A stretch of 64,000 nt of DNA from Rhodospirillaceae bacterium (GTDB taxonomy: Bacteria; Pseudomonadota; Alphaproteobacteria; MPNO01; UBA2964): positions 492,638-556,637 of the forward strand of contig JAYQSL010000007.1 in assembly GCA_038146865.1 (NCBI GenBank), given 5' to 3'. Both the position numbers and the translations under genes were made by a program. Shown in pieces: positions 42,741 through 53,500 of the stretch. A model generated the notes under the pieces. The model made no database searches and was not told the DNA's origin. It worked only from the letters and a program-made list of their open reading frames with translations. The stretch's first letter is position 1, and the number at the start of each line of letters is the position of its first letter.

Positions 42741-44855
42741 TTGATGCAATATTATATTAGATTTTTATCCACGTTTTTCGGTTTTGTTTTTCCATTTTTT
42801 ATGGGTACAGCAGCCGCTACCAGTGTGCATAACTCAACTTTCGTTACCGATCAGGGTCGAGTAACCCTTATAGCGGGCAGCTCAGGGTCCGAAAGCCGGC
42901 AAAAGACCTTCTTGGGGCTACATTTCGAAATGAAGGAGGGGTGGAAAATTTATTGGCGTTCACCCGGGGATGCGGGTTTCCCGCCGCAAATCCGTTGGGA
43001 TAGGTCTCAGAATGTAAAAGAATTTGAGATGTTGTGGCCCCTCCCAAAGAGATTCTCGGTGTTGGGGCTCTCTACTCTTGGTTATGAGGATGAAGTTGTT
43101 CTTCCTATTGCGGTAAGGGTTTTAAATAAAAATCGTCCTGTTTTAATTAGGGCTAATCTTTCATATTTAACATGCAATAAAGTGTGTATCCCTTATGACA
43201 CCGAATTGCACTTAGATCTCAAAAGTCAGGAAGGATTTAATTCAACTGATGGGCAGTTGATCGATCGCTATTTAAAACGTGTTCCTTTGCCAGGAATTAG
43301 AGAAGAACTTTCCATTATTAGCGCGAAGTCTACCGGGCCCTCAAGGGCCTCAAAGTTGAAGATTGAGGTCCGTGCAGATGGCGGTTTCAATGAGCCCGAT
43401 TTATTTGTCGAAGGCCCTGAGGGTTATGTATTTGAACCCGCAAAATGGCAAAGTTTAAAAGCTGCTAATGACGGCCTCTTCACAGTGGGTTATCGCGATT
43501 TAATTAAAACTTCTGGAAAAAACCGCGCCCTCACGGGAGAAAAACTCCGCCTGACGTTGGTAAACGGGGAGACAGCGATCGAACATAATATTGTAGTCGA
43601 GTCAGTTGCCGGAAATAACCAAATTGAAAAAACGTATTTCCAGAGTTTTAACGAAATATTTTTTATTTTTGGATTGGCAATTTTAGGCGGCTTAATCCTT
43701 AATCTGATGCCGTGTGTATTACCCGTATTGTCGTTGAAAGCTCTTTCTTTGGTGCAAAATCTGTCGTCAGATCTAAAAGTAATTAGACGGAACTTCCTAA
43801 TAACCGCCTCGGGAATAGTTTTTTCATTTTTTGTTTTGGCAACGATGTTGACGGGTCTCAAATTGACGGGTGAACAGGTAGGTTGGGGGATGCAGTTTCA
43901 ACAGCCTATCTTTTTATCTTTTATGGCAATAGTGGTGTTGGTGTTTGGGGCTAATTTATTGGGGCTCTTTGACATTAATTTACCCAACGGGCTCAGCACC
44001 TTATTAGGTCAATATAGCCAAGGTAGTTTCTGGGACAAAAATTTTTGGACCGGGGTATTCGCCACACTGCTGGCGACACCGTGTTCAGCGCCATTCCTTG
44101 GAACTGCCGTCGGTTTTGCACTGGGGGGCAGTATTCTGCAAATATATGGAATATTTATCGCGATAGGGATCGGTTTTTCCCTCCCTTATCTTTTATTCGC
44201 TGCCATACCTGCTTCCACAAAATTCTTGCCGCGCCCTGGTATTTGGATGGTGAGGTTGAAACGGATCCTTGGAATATTACTTTTTGGCACATCCCTTTGG
44301 TTCGTCTCAATAATTAGTGATCAGTTGGGAGCTACAGCCATGATTGGAGTTGTGTCGGGGCTTTTTTTAATTATTACAGGTTTGTTAATATTAAAAATAC
44401 GCTCGCGGGCAGGTGCCTCACTCCTGGTCGTTGGAATTTCATCGATAATGTTTACTCCTATCGTTTTACAAGACGGCGAGCATAAGAATTCGGTAAAAAG
44501 TGCAATAACCTGGAAAAAATTAGATCAGGATCAGATTCCGGAGTATGTTAAACTTGGTAAAGTTGTTTTTGTTGATGTTACCGCAGAGTGGTGTGTGACC
44601 TGCAAGGCAAATAAATTTCTTACTTTGGAAACGACTGAGATTGCTCGCCAATTGAACTCAACTGGAGTTATTGCAATGCAGGGTGACTGGACAAAAGCAG
44701 ATCCATCTATTTCCACGTTCCTTAAAAAATTTAACCGCTACGGGATTCCATTTAATGTGGTGTTTGGTCCGGCAGCGCCAAAGGGCATCGTACTCTCAGA
44801 GATCCTGGTTAGTTCTAGTGTTACGCGTGCTATGCGTGAGGCCGGGTTGAAATAA
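42741..44855 (+). CDS. dsbD: Thiol:disulfide interchange protein DsbD/ScsB-like
   Basis: N-terminal periplasmic domain, a DsbD transmembrane core, and a C-terminal thioredoxin-like domain with WCVTC. Confidence 0.75.
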   Translation: MMQYYIRFLSTFFGFVFPFFMGTAAATSVHNSTFVTDQGRVTLIAGSSGSESRQKTFLGLHFEMKEGWKIYWRSPGDAGFPPQIRWDRSQNVKEFEMLWPLPKRFSVLGLSTLGYEDEVVLPIAVRVLNKNRPVLIRANLSYLTCNKVCIPYDTELHLDLKSQEGFNSTDGQLIDRYLKRVPLPGIREELSIISAKSTGPSRASKLKIEVRADGGFNEPDLFVEGPEGYVFEPAKWQSLKAANDGLFTVGYRDLIKTSGKNRALTGEKLRLTLVNGETAIEHNIVVESVAGNNQIEKTYFQSFNEIFFIFGLAILGGLILNLMPCVLPVLSLKALSLVQNLSSDLKVIRRNFLITASGIVFSFFVLATMLTGLKLTGEQVGWGMQFQQPIFLSFMAIVVLVFGANLLGLFDINLPNGLSTLLGQYSQGSFWDKNFWTGVFATLLATPCSAPFLGTAVGFALGGSILQIYGIFIAIGIGFSLPYLLFAAIPASTKFLPRPGIWMVRLKRILGILLFGTSLWFVSIISDQLGATAMIGVVSGLFLIITGLLILKIRSRAGASLLVVGISSIMFTPIVLQDGEHKNSVKSAITWKKLDQDQIPEYVKLGKVVFVDVTAEWCVTCKANKFLTLETTEIARQLNSTGVIAMQGDWTKADPSISTFLKKFNRYGIPFNVVFGPAAPKGIVLSEILVSSSVTRAMREAGLK

Positions 44856-44900
44856 TCTCCTCATTCCCAGAGTTAGACCCGATTATTATTTTGTGCAAAT

Positions 44901-45353
44901 TTATTTGGGCGCTAAGTCTATTCCGAGTCTCGCAAGGGTATCAGCTCGTTCATTTCCTGGGTGGCCGGCATGCCCCTTTACCCAACACCAATCAACCTGG
45001 TGAAGGCCTGTTGCCTGGTCAAGCCGTTGCCAAAGATCCACATTCTTGACAGGTTTTCTGGAAGCAGTTTTCCAGTCTTGATATTTCCATGCTTTGATCC
45101 ATTTGGTTATACCATCCTTAACGTATACGCTATCAGTAAAAACCTTTGCGACAACTGGTCGTTTAAGGCTTTCTAATGCCATTATCGCTGCCATTAGCTC
45201 CATACGGTTATTGGTTGTATTTAGTTCCCCTCCATAGATTTCTTTCTCTTGACCTCGCCACCGAAGGACTGCTCCCCACCCCCCTGGACCGGGATTGCCA
45301 GAGCATGCACCATCTGTATACACCTCGACCTCGTTAATGCTTGAATTTATCAT
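44901..45353 (-). CDS. rnhA: Ribonuclease HI
   Basis: 150-aa RNase H fold with the DEDD catalytic pattern. Confidence 0.9.
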   Translation of the reverse strand: MINSSINEVEVYTDGACSGNPGPGGWGAVLRWRGQEKEIYGGELNTTNNRMELMAAIMALESLKRPVVAKVFTDSVYVKDGITKWIKAWKYQDWKTASRKPVKNVDLWQRLDQATGLHQVDWCWVKGHAGHPGNERADTLARLGIDLAPK

Positions 45354-46318
45354 GTTATGCTCTGCAAGTATTCTTTTGCCGTGGAGATTCGTTGGTGGAA
45401 CGATAGACGGTGCATGTAGTCTAGAGGATTCTTGGGATTAACGAGTGCGCCCGGCATCGGGTGGAGAAGATCATGAAGCCTCGTCAATAAAAATCTCAAG
45501 GATGCGCCTCGGCAAAGAATTGGTAGTGAAATTTCTTCTTTATCTTCCAATTTTCTAACCGAATTATAACCAACAAGTAGGGCTTCACCGCAATCTTTGC
45601 GATACTGGGATTTATCGTCGAAACACCAGGCATTCAAACAAATCGCAATATCATAAGCTAGAAAATCATTGCATGAGAAATAGAAGTCTATCACTCCAGT
45701 GATTTGATTTTCTTTGAAAAAGACATTGTCTGGGAATAAATCGGCATGGATGATACCTCGGGGAAGATCTCTGGGCCATGATTGTTTGAGAAAATCCAAC
45801 TCTTGAGTGATCGTTTTTATTATGTCTTCGTCTACTACTTTCGTTCCATTAACAATTGTGGAGTACAATTGCTGCCAACCAGCTAATCCCAGGGCGTTGG
45901 GTCGAGAAATATTATATCCATCACTTGCAAGGTGAAGGCGAGCCGCTGCTTCTCCGACTTTTTCACAATGTCTAGGTGTAATTTTCTTAGGCCACATTCC
46001 CTCCAGGAAAGTGCAAATCGCTGCCGGTTTACCACACAGTTCCCTAAGTGTGGTTCCATCTTTGGCGCGCACAGGAACAGGCGCCGGGAAGGACCTCTCA
46101 GAGAGGTACTCCATTAAGCCCAAAAAAAACGGAAGGTCTTTTTTCTCCACGCGCTTCTCATAAAGGGTGAGGATAAAGTCCCCTTTGGTTGTTTTTAAGA
46201 GATAATTTGAATTTTCCACACCTTCGGCTATTCCTTTGAAAGAGGTAATTTCCCCAATTTCGTATTGTTGAACGAACTCTTTCAATGTTTGGTCAGTGAC
46301 TTCTGTATAAACAGCCAT
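45350..46318 (-). CDS. thrB: Homoserine kinase, type II (APH-like)
   Basis: Aminoglycoside-phosphotransferase-fold ThrB, in conserved synteny with ispH and rnhA. Confidence 0.8.
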   Translation of the reverse strand: MAVYTEVTDQTLKEFVQQYEIGEITSFKGIAEGVENSNYLLKTTKGDFILTLYEKRVEKKDLPFFLGLMEYLSERSFPAPVPVRAKDGTTLRELCGKPAAICTFLEGMWPKKITPRHCEKVGEAAARLHLASDGYNISRPNALGLAGWQQLYSTIVNGTKVVDEDIIKTITQELDFLKQSWPRDLPRGIIHADLFPDNVFFKENQITGVIDFYFSCNDFLAYDIAICLNAWCFDDKSQYRKDCGEALLVGYNSVRKLEDKEEISLPILCRGASLRFLLTRLHDLLHPMPGALVNPKNPLDYMHRLSFHQRISTAKEYLQSIT

Positions 46319-46334
46319 ATTTTTCTAGCCGTGA

Positions 46335-47279
46335 CTATGTTTTTAAAAGAGTAGGTAAGCTGAAGTTTATTTCTTCTGTTGCTGTGCGCACAGTCTCAAT
46401 ATCAACTGTATAGCGGAGAGATAGCCAATTAATTAGCTCTTGAACCAATATTTCAGGTGCTGACGCTCCCGCAGTCACACCAAGAGTTTTTACGCCGTCC
46501 AGCCAAGATTGTTCAAGTTCGGATGCTTCTTGAATAAGAATTGACTTCATCCCTGTCTTCGCACTGCCGACTTCAGCGAGCCGATTCGAATTAGACGAGT
46601 TTGGTGCACCTATTACAATAAGCGCATCACAATCTTTAGCGAGTGCCTTCACTGCGGCCTGCCTATTAGTGGTCGCATAGCAGATATCTTCTTGTCTAGG
46701 GCCTTGAATACGTGGAAATCGTGTTTGTAATACGCTGATAATCTCCTTCGTGTCATCGACTGACAATGTTGTCTGAGTAATAAATGATAATTCGGCTGTT
46801 CCGGGAATTTGTACTGTTTCAGCCTGCTCTTTGTTTTCCACCAGGATGATATCACCCTCAGCTAATTGACCGAGAGTGCCTATAACCTCGGGGTGACCCG
46901 AGTGGCCAATTAAAACGACTACTTTTCCATTGTTTTTGTGTCTTTCAGCATCGACGTGAACCTTTTTGACCAACGGGCACGTTGCGTCTATCTGGATCAT
47001 TTTCCGATTTTTAGCTTCGTTTATGACTGACTTAGGGACACCATGTGCAGAAAATACCACTGGGAAGTCCTCTGGCACTTCCGAGAGTTCTTCTACAAAT
47101 ATCGCCCCCTTATTGCGCAGGGCATTTACAACGTGGCGGTTATGAACAATCTCATGCCGGACGTATACGGGGCGGCCAAATTTTGCGAGAGCACGCTCTA
47201 CAATTTCGATAGCTCGATCAACACCCGCACAAAATCCGCGCGGTTCGGCAAGAATAATTTTCAGGGTGCCGCTTTTCAA
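46335..47279 (-). CDS. ispH: 4-hydroxy-3-methylbut-2-enyl diphosphate reductase
   Basis: Full-length LytB/IspH with conserved cysteines. Confidence 0.9.
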   Translation of the reverse strand: MKSGTLKIILAEPRGFCAGVDRAIEIVERALAKFGRPVYVRHEIVHNRHVVNALRNKGAIFVEELSEVPEDFPVVFSAHGVPKSVINEAKNRKMIQIDATCPLVKKVHVDAERHKNNGKVVVLIGHSGHPEVIGTLGQLAEGDIILVENKEQAETVQIPGTAELSFITQTTLSVDDTKEIISVLQTRFPRIQGPRQEDICYATTNRQAAVKALAKDCDALIVIGAPNSSNSNRLAEVGSAKTGMKSILIQEASELEQSWLDGVKTLGVTAGASAPEILVQELINWLSLRYTVDIETVRTATEEINFSLPTLLKT

Positions 47280-47425
47280 AGATTAACTCCTGGTCATTAT
47301 GTTCTTAATATGTTTGTTCGCTAGAAAAAACTCAACTCCCTCGAATTTCTTTGTCGTTTTAGGGTTTAACACGAGAGCGTTTGGCTTAAACTTTCTATAC
47401 TAATTTCAGACTACTGGTAGGAAAC

Positions 47426-47890
47426 ATGATTACCCGGCTGTTTGTTTTAATAGTTTTTACCTTTACGCTTTCCGGATGTCTTCCCTGGCCAAATGTAGCT
47501 AAGCCACCTTCGTGTCCCGAGGTAACACTTATCCAGGATCCTCCTTTGTTCGGTGACACACGAGTCCAAAGCAGTATTGTTAATTTCAGTGGAAAATGTG
47601 GCTATAAAAGAAAGAAAACAGCGCTGGAGGTATCTCTTAGTCTTGTTTTTGAAGTCAAAAGAAAAAATTCGAGTGATGTCTTCTCCCATAATCAAGTTTA
47701 CTACGTTGCTATCCCTAAATTTTACCCAAATCCAATGGGCAAACGGGTTTTCAGTTTTCCGATTAAATTTGCGGTAAATGAAGAAAGAGTAAGAGCGTCT
47801 GATAGGGTTAGGATAACTATTCCACTGAAGGTAGGGACGCCGATTGATGACTATGTTATCTATGTAGGGCTATCCAAAAGTTCTAGCTGA
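47426..47890 (+). CDS. Hypothetical lipoprotein
   Basis: Signal peptide with lipobox LSGC. I recognise no other domain. Confidence 0.5.
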   Translation: MITRLFVLIVFTFTLSGCLPWPNVAKPPSCPEVTLIQDPPLFGDTRVQSSIVNFSGKCGYKRKKTALEVSLSLVFEVKRKNSSDVFSHNQVYYVAIPKFYPNPMGKRVFSFPIKFAVNEERVRASDRVRITIPLKVGTPIDDYVIYVGLSKSSS

Positions 47891-47965
47891 AATTATTGGT
47901 GATGGAATTTAGCAAAGTCTGTTCCCATAGAACCATTCCATGCCTTTTTTCTGACGATTTATTGA

Positions 47966-48445
47966 CTATTGAAGGTTTCTGGGAAGTTCTTTAATTGCAG
48001 TGTCTATGAGTTTTTGGGATTCCTTCTGTCCCAGTCTTCGTTCCAGAAGTTCTGATGAAGCTTTGATTGCCATATCAACTGCGAGATTACGAACTTCTGC
48101 GATCGCATCAGCTTCTGCCTGAGAAATCTTTTCATGAGCTAGTTGCTCTCTGCGGGCTAACGTGTTTTTGAGAGAATATTCTGCTTCAGATCGCATGCTC
48201 TCAGTTTGAGAACGAGCATTCGCAACTAAGGCCTCGATTTCTTTCGCTGCTTCTCTTTGCTTGCGTTGATAGTCGGCTAAAAGGTGCTGCGCCTCTTCTC
48301 TCAGTTTCTCTGCTTCATCAAGGCTGGAGCGAATCTTATCTGCCCGAGAGTCCAGAGATGTTATTATCATTTTTTTTGCGGGCTTGACTAGAACTGCCAA
48401 TAGAATGAGGAACCCGACTGCTACCCAGAACTCAGGAGTATTCAT
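47966..48445 (-). CDS. atpF: ATP synthase F0 subunit b
   Basis: Single transmembrane helix plus a long charged helix, in the alphaproteobacterial atpIBEF'F operon order. Confidence 0.8.
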   Translation of the reverse strand: MNTPEFWVAVGFLILLAVLVKPAKKMIITSLDSRADKIRSSLDEAEKLREEAQHLLADYQRKQREAAKEIEALVANARSQTESMRSEAEYSLKNTLARREQLAHEKISQAEADAIAEVRNLAVDMAIKASSELLERRLGQKESQKLIDTAIKELPRNLQ

Positions 48446-48936
48446 GGTGCAGACTCCTGATTGATTGTTTCAACTGTGCTAAGAGCCTCTGCTTTCGAGA
48501 CCTCAGACCCCGAGAGCTTTAGGACTGTTATTTGAACAAGCTCTGCCGCAACTGATTTAATATCGGCAATTGCATCATGACGTGCTGCGTTAATTTTAGC
48601 CTCCGCCTCCGCGGTCATCGCAGAAATGCTTTTCAGAGCTTCAGCTTCACGATGGGCTTGACTTTCAGCTATTTGTAATACGGCTTCCTGGATAATTTTT
48701 TGAGCTTCCAACTTACCGCTAGAAATAGACTCTTCGTATGCAGCCAGGACAGACGTTGCCTCAAGCTGCAGTTGTTCAGCACGCTCCAAGTCATTTTCGA
48801 CACGAGATTGCCGTTCTTCTAAAACTCCGGAAATCCGCGGAATTACGACCTTCCACATAACTAAGTATAGCAGCAAGAACGTTATACAAAGCCAAAGAAT
48901 TTGTGTTGGGAAGGTCGCAAAATCTAATTGGGGCAT
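48442..48936 (-). CDS. atpG: ATP synthase F0 subunit b'
   Basis: Second b-type subunit, overlapping atpF by 4 nt. Confidence 0.75.
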   Translation of the reverse strand: MPQLDFATFPTQILWLCITFLLLYLVMWKVVIPRISGVLEERQSRVENDLERAEQLQLEATSVLAAYEESISSGKLEAQKIIQEAVLQIAESQAHREAEALKSISAMTAEAEAKINAARHDAIADIKSVAAELVQITVLKLSGSEVSKAEALSTVETINQESAP

Positions 48937-48982
48937 ATCTCTCTGATCCGTCGCTTATCTCGACAAAGTTGAGTCAAACTAA

Positions 48983-49210
48983 TCAGAATACGAACAGCAG
49001 CAAGAGGGCTACTACTAATGCATAAAGTGCGATTGCTTCAACGAGGGCGAAACCAATCCAGGTCATCGCAGTCACATGAGGCGCAGCGGCGGGGTTGCGG
49101 GCAACAGAGGAGATGAATGCGGCGAAAATATTTCCTATGCCGACCCCTGCGCCAATAACTCCAATAGCGGCTAAACCGGCTCCAATAAGTTTTGCTGCAG
49201 CAGCTTCCAT
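48983..49210 (-). CDS. atpE: ATP synthase F0 subunit c
   Basis: 75-aa proteolipid with the conserved carboxylate helix. Confidence 0.9.
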   Translation of the reverse strand: MEAAAAKLIGAGLAAIGVIGAGVGIGNIFAAFISSVARNPAAAPHVTAMTWIGFALVEAIALYALVVALLLLFVF

Positions 49211-49262
49211 AATTTTTTCCTTTCTTTTTTTAGCGGTTAATGCGTCTGATGCTCATTAAGGA

Positions 49263-50001
49263 TTAATGAAGATGAATCGCGTCGTTTATATAAAAACAGG
49301 TCAAGATCGTGAAAACGTAAGCCTGTAAGAATGCAATTAGAAGCTCCAAACCAGTAAGGGCTACTACAAATGCCAATGGAAGAATTCCTCCAATAACCCC
49401 CATGCTCACGACAAAGCCAGCAAAAACCTTTAACATAGTATGACCAGCAGTCAGGTTAGCAAATAGACGAACTCCCTAGACTAACGGGGCGGGATAAATA
49501 TGAAATAATCTCGATAGGGATCATTAATGGCCACAAAACTACAGATACGCCTGGTGGGACGAAAAAACTAAAAAAGTGCCATCCATGTCGTACAAAACCT
49601 AAGATTGTAACACCTACGAAAACAACAATAGCCATCGTAAACGTCACAATTATGTGGCTTGTGAAAGTAAAGCTGTATGGGATCATTCCTAACATGTTGC
49701 CGAATAGAATGAACATGAACAGAGAAAACACAAAGGGAAAATATTTCCTGCCCTCATTGCCAACCGTTTCGACTAGCAGATTTGCAACAAACTCGTATGA
49801 AATCTCCGCCATGGATTGCCATCGGCCCGGTACAAGTGAGCTTTTCCGCATCCCCAAAACGAGAAACAGTGTAATCAGAAGGACAGAAAGGGCCATAAAT
49901 GCGGCCGAATTGGTAAAGGCTATACTGGTTTCACCGACGCTTATTGGCATTAATTCCTTAATTTCAAATTGTGCCAGCGGGCTCTGCGCACTCTCAGCCA
50001 C
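49263..50001 (-). pseudogene. atpB: ATP synthase F0 subunit a, interrupted by a 1-nt insertion in a G run
   Basis: The 49456-50001 ORF ends ...[16 protein letters not shown]. The next frame continues [12 protein letters not shown]...NDAIHLH* (49263-49473), which carries the essential Arg of subunit a. Removing one G at minus-strand GGG (plus-strand ccc, 49474-49476) restores a 246-aa protein. Confidence 0.8.
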
Positions 50002-50404
50002 TATCTTTGTTCCCTTCAGTCTCTTCTCTGCTAACGCTGCGATTAGAATAATTTTTTAAGTTAGCTCTGTAACCAACCGTTTGGCTTAAACCGGCGGCTG
50101 TTCTGTACACATTAAAAATACCAGCAATAGATCCCAAAACAAAAAACACCAACAAACACCAAGGATTTGTTCCTAACCAATAATCTAAAGCAAGTCCAAT
50201 TAGCACTCCAACTATTAGAGCGGAAACCAGTTCAACACCGATCCGCATCGCGAAACCTAGGCCTTGACGCACACCGCTACCAACAGTTGCACCAGGTGCC
50301 TCCGATCCAGACGATTCCCTAGCATGACTCAACCGAGTGGCCAAGGAGTTTAAGGGATCGATCTCGTTATCATTCGTCATATGATCGCTATAATAGGATC
50401 GCAC
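49994..50404 (-). CDS. atpI: ATP synthase protein I (AtpI-like)
   Basis: Small hydrophobic protein at the head of the F0 operon. Confidence 0.6.
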   Translation of the reverse strand: MRSYYSDHMTNDNEIDPLNSLATRLSHARESSGSEAPGATVGSGVRQGLGFAMRIGVELVSALIVGVLIGLALDYWLGTNPWCLLVFFVLGSIAGIFNVYRTAAGLSQTVGYRANLKNYSNRSVSREETEGNKDSG

Positions 50405-50531
50405 TGAAACTTTGCTCTACCCCTAAAAATTAGCGGCACAATAGGTGCTGGTTGAAAAGCTGTCAAGACGGAAAAAGAGGGGTGTAAGTCATTGAAAATA
50501 ATTAATAATTTCAAAAATTATGGATGCTTAT

Positions 50532-53500
50532 TCAAGCAGTCCGACGAATTTTTTCAGCTGACTGTAAATCAACAGACACAAGTTGTGAAACGCCGCGTTC
50601 ACCCATAGTTACCCCAAAAAGACGATCAACCCGGGCCATAGTAAGTCGGTGATGGGTGACCACCAAGAACCTCGTTCCTGTTTGTGCCGCGATTTCTTGG
50701 ATCAAAAGGCAGAACCTTTCCACATTTGCGTCATCAAGGGGCGCATCAACCTCATCGAGGACACAAATGGGGGCGGGATTTGTCAGAAAAACTGCAAAGA
50801 GCAGTGATAGTGCGGTAAGAGCCTGTTCTCCACCAGAGAGTAAAGACATAGATTGTAATTTTTTCCCAGGTGGGCTTGCCATAATTTCAAGACCAGCTTC
50901 CAAAGGGTCTTCATCGGTTGCGAGAGTGAGATATGCCTTACCCCCGCCGAAAAGTCGCGTGAACAACTTTTGAAAATGACCGTCCACCTCTTTGAATGCC
51001 CCTAATAACCTCTCTCTTCCCTCGCGATTTAGGCTAGAGATTCCGGTTCTCAAACGAGATATGGCCGCTAGTAGGTCTTCTCTCTCAAGTGCCATAGACC
51101 CGATTCTTTCATCTAACTCATTAGCCTCTAAATCAGCTCTTAGATTAACTGCCCCCATATTTTCTCGTTCTCTTTTTAGCTTCTCAATACGGGTTTCGAT
51201 TTGTTCGAGTTCTGGCAATTTTTCATTTTCTTTGTGCTCAAACACCTCAAGCGCCTTGGTTGGATGCCTTTTTATTCGGTCAGAAGCTCTCTCGACGATT
51301 GCCTCAAGTGCGAGGTGACACTGTTCACAGCTCGCTTGATATCGCACTCTTGACTCTCGGCCCTCTCCTAGCAGCGCTTCTTTTTGCTTTCGAATTGAGG
51401 ATATTTGCGTAAGCAAATTCTCAGCCTCCAACAGATTATCTGCGGCCTCATTTCTAGCTTGTTCGGCGTTTATAACTTTTTCGGTGAGCGAAACACGCCG
51501 TTCCGCTATTTCTGAAGGACTATTTTCAAGCTCGGTCAATTTTGTTTGATAAAGTTTGAGCCGTTCTGTTAAGATCTGAGATTGATCACGCGCATCGTCA
51601 GCGCGCGTCTGCCAAGATTGGGACTCGGTCTCAATCTCTCGGATACGTGTCTGCCGGTGAGCCGCCTGATTTGAGAGCTTTTCTTGGGCAGATCTGGCGT
51701 CAAGAAAAGCACTCCGTGCCTCGGCCAGGGAACTTTTTATTTGATTAGATTCATCCTTCATTTCTTGAATGTTTGTTAGGGAATAAAGTTCCTGCCTGGC
51801 ATTCTCAATAGTTGTTTCTTGCTCGGCATCATCAATTCGTAGCGCTTCCAATTTCTCAATGGCTGAATTTTTACGCGATCGCGCATCTGCAAGGGATTGA
51901 TTGTTCGCGATTTCCTCATCACGAATTCTCTGATAAGAAAGCTCTAGTTTCCTCACTTCATCTTTTGTTAACCTTTCGTGACTTTCAGCTTGTTGACGCT
52001 CAGTTTCAGCCTGCTCAAATTGCGTCTGAACGCCAGCTTTGGCGGAGGAAGCTGTTTTTATTTCTATACTTATTTCTTCCAACCTATTTCTCTGTGTAAG
52101 TCGGGTAGCTGCGGCTCCGGCGTCACCGTCTGCGGCGGTATAGCCATCCCATCTCCAGAGACATCCATTAAGGCTAACTAGTCTCTGACCAGTTTTAAGT
52201 TCAGGCGCCAACCGGTTCCCTGTATCCTCATTCTCTACGAGGCCAATTTGGCTTAGCCTCCGAGCAAGAGCAGCAGGCGCATCTACAAACTCTAGCAGTG
52301 GCTTGGCTCCCTCTGGGAGTGATGGGGCTGCGCTCATTGGCGGGAGTGTTTTCCAGTGAATTGGCGCGGCTTCATCTGAAGGCGCCTCTAGGTCATCTCC
52401 TAATGCAGCTGCGAGCGCCATTTCATATCCCGGTTTTACCTCAACAGCGTCAATCATCGGGGGCCATAATTCTGAGTTCCCAACTGTCAAAAATTTCTTT
52501 AGTGCTTCCTCCTCTGCATGTAGCCTATCTAAAATAGAATTTGCCTTTTGAAGGCTTTGTCTTAACTCTGCCTCCCGACCAACCAGAGTATTCCGCAAGC
52601 TAATAGCACCATCAAAAGCAGATCTGGCCTCGTCTAATTGGGTTTTTGCCGCGGCAGCTTCCAAGTCAAAGTTTTGGATTTGGGCTTGGTTATCTATTAT
52701 CTCTTGAGCAAGATCACGCTCAGCTTCGACGCTCTTCCTTCTTTGAGAAATTTTCTGCCTTTGTTCTTCTCCGTTGGCGACCTGAGCTTGAAAACTGGCT
52801 TTTAGGGTTTCTTTTTGGGCTATTACTTCTGTTATCTTAGCAAGCCTGGCCTCCAGCTCGGAAACAGAGGACTGAATTTTTTGAGAAACTGCTTCAGCAT
52901 TTACAAGCTTCTGTTGCTCATTTTTTTGAGAGTCTAGAAGAGAGGCTAATTCACTTTGCAGACGAGCTAGCGCCTGATCAGCATCTTTCTCGAGAGCAAC
53001 CTCTCTCTGAATATCAGCCTTAATTTGATTGAGGAGATTCTCTACTTCCCTTTTTTCGGTTTCAATCCTTTCTTCCTCTTTTTCTAAGCCATCCTTTTCT
53101 ATTAACAATCGTTGTAAAATTGCTGCTTTTGCCACCTCAGTTTCCCTCAATCCAGGCAGCTTAGATGCAGCATCACTCTCATCGCTACTTTTAATCGCCA
53201 CTTCTCGAGTTAGCTCTTCTACAATATGCTCCGCGTCACTTAACCTTTTTTGGGCCTCTTTTTCTTCCGCTTTTGCATAGTTCCATTGATGATGAATAGC
53301 TATTGCCTCAGCGCGTCGGATATGATCGCTTAGATTGCGGTATCTGGTGGCCTGACGGGCTTGCCTTTTTAGTGTTTTGAGTTGCTCTTCCAGAGCGCCT
53401 AGAAGATCGTCTAACCTCTCAAGATTGGTTTCCGCAGCCCTAAGCCTGAGCTCTGCTTCATGCCTCCTGGAATGAAGTCCAGTTATCCCTGCAGCTTCTT

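Noticed and set aside
36548-49263. Interpreting the atpB and SURF1 frameshifts as coordinated biological loss of aerobic respiration
   Set aside because: Both sit in homopolymer runs. All other cox and atp genes are intact, with conserved catalytic residues. Sequencing or assembly error is the more parsimonious explanation. I have reported them as findings but do not claim respiratory loss.
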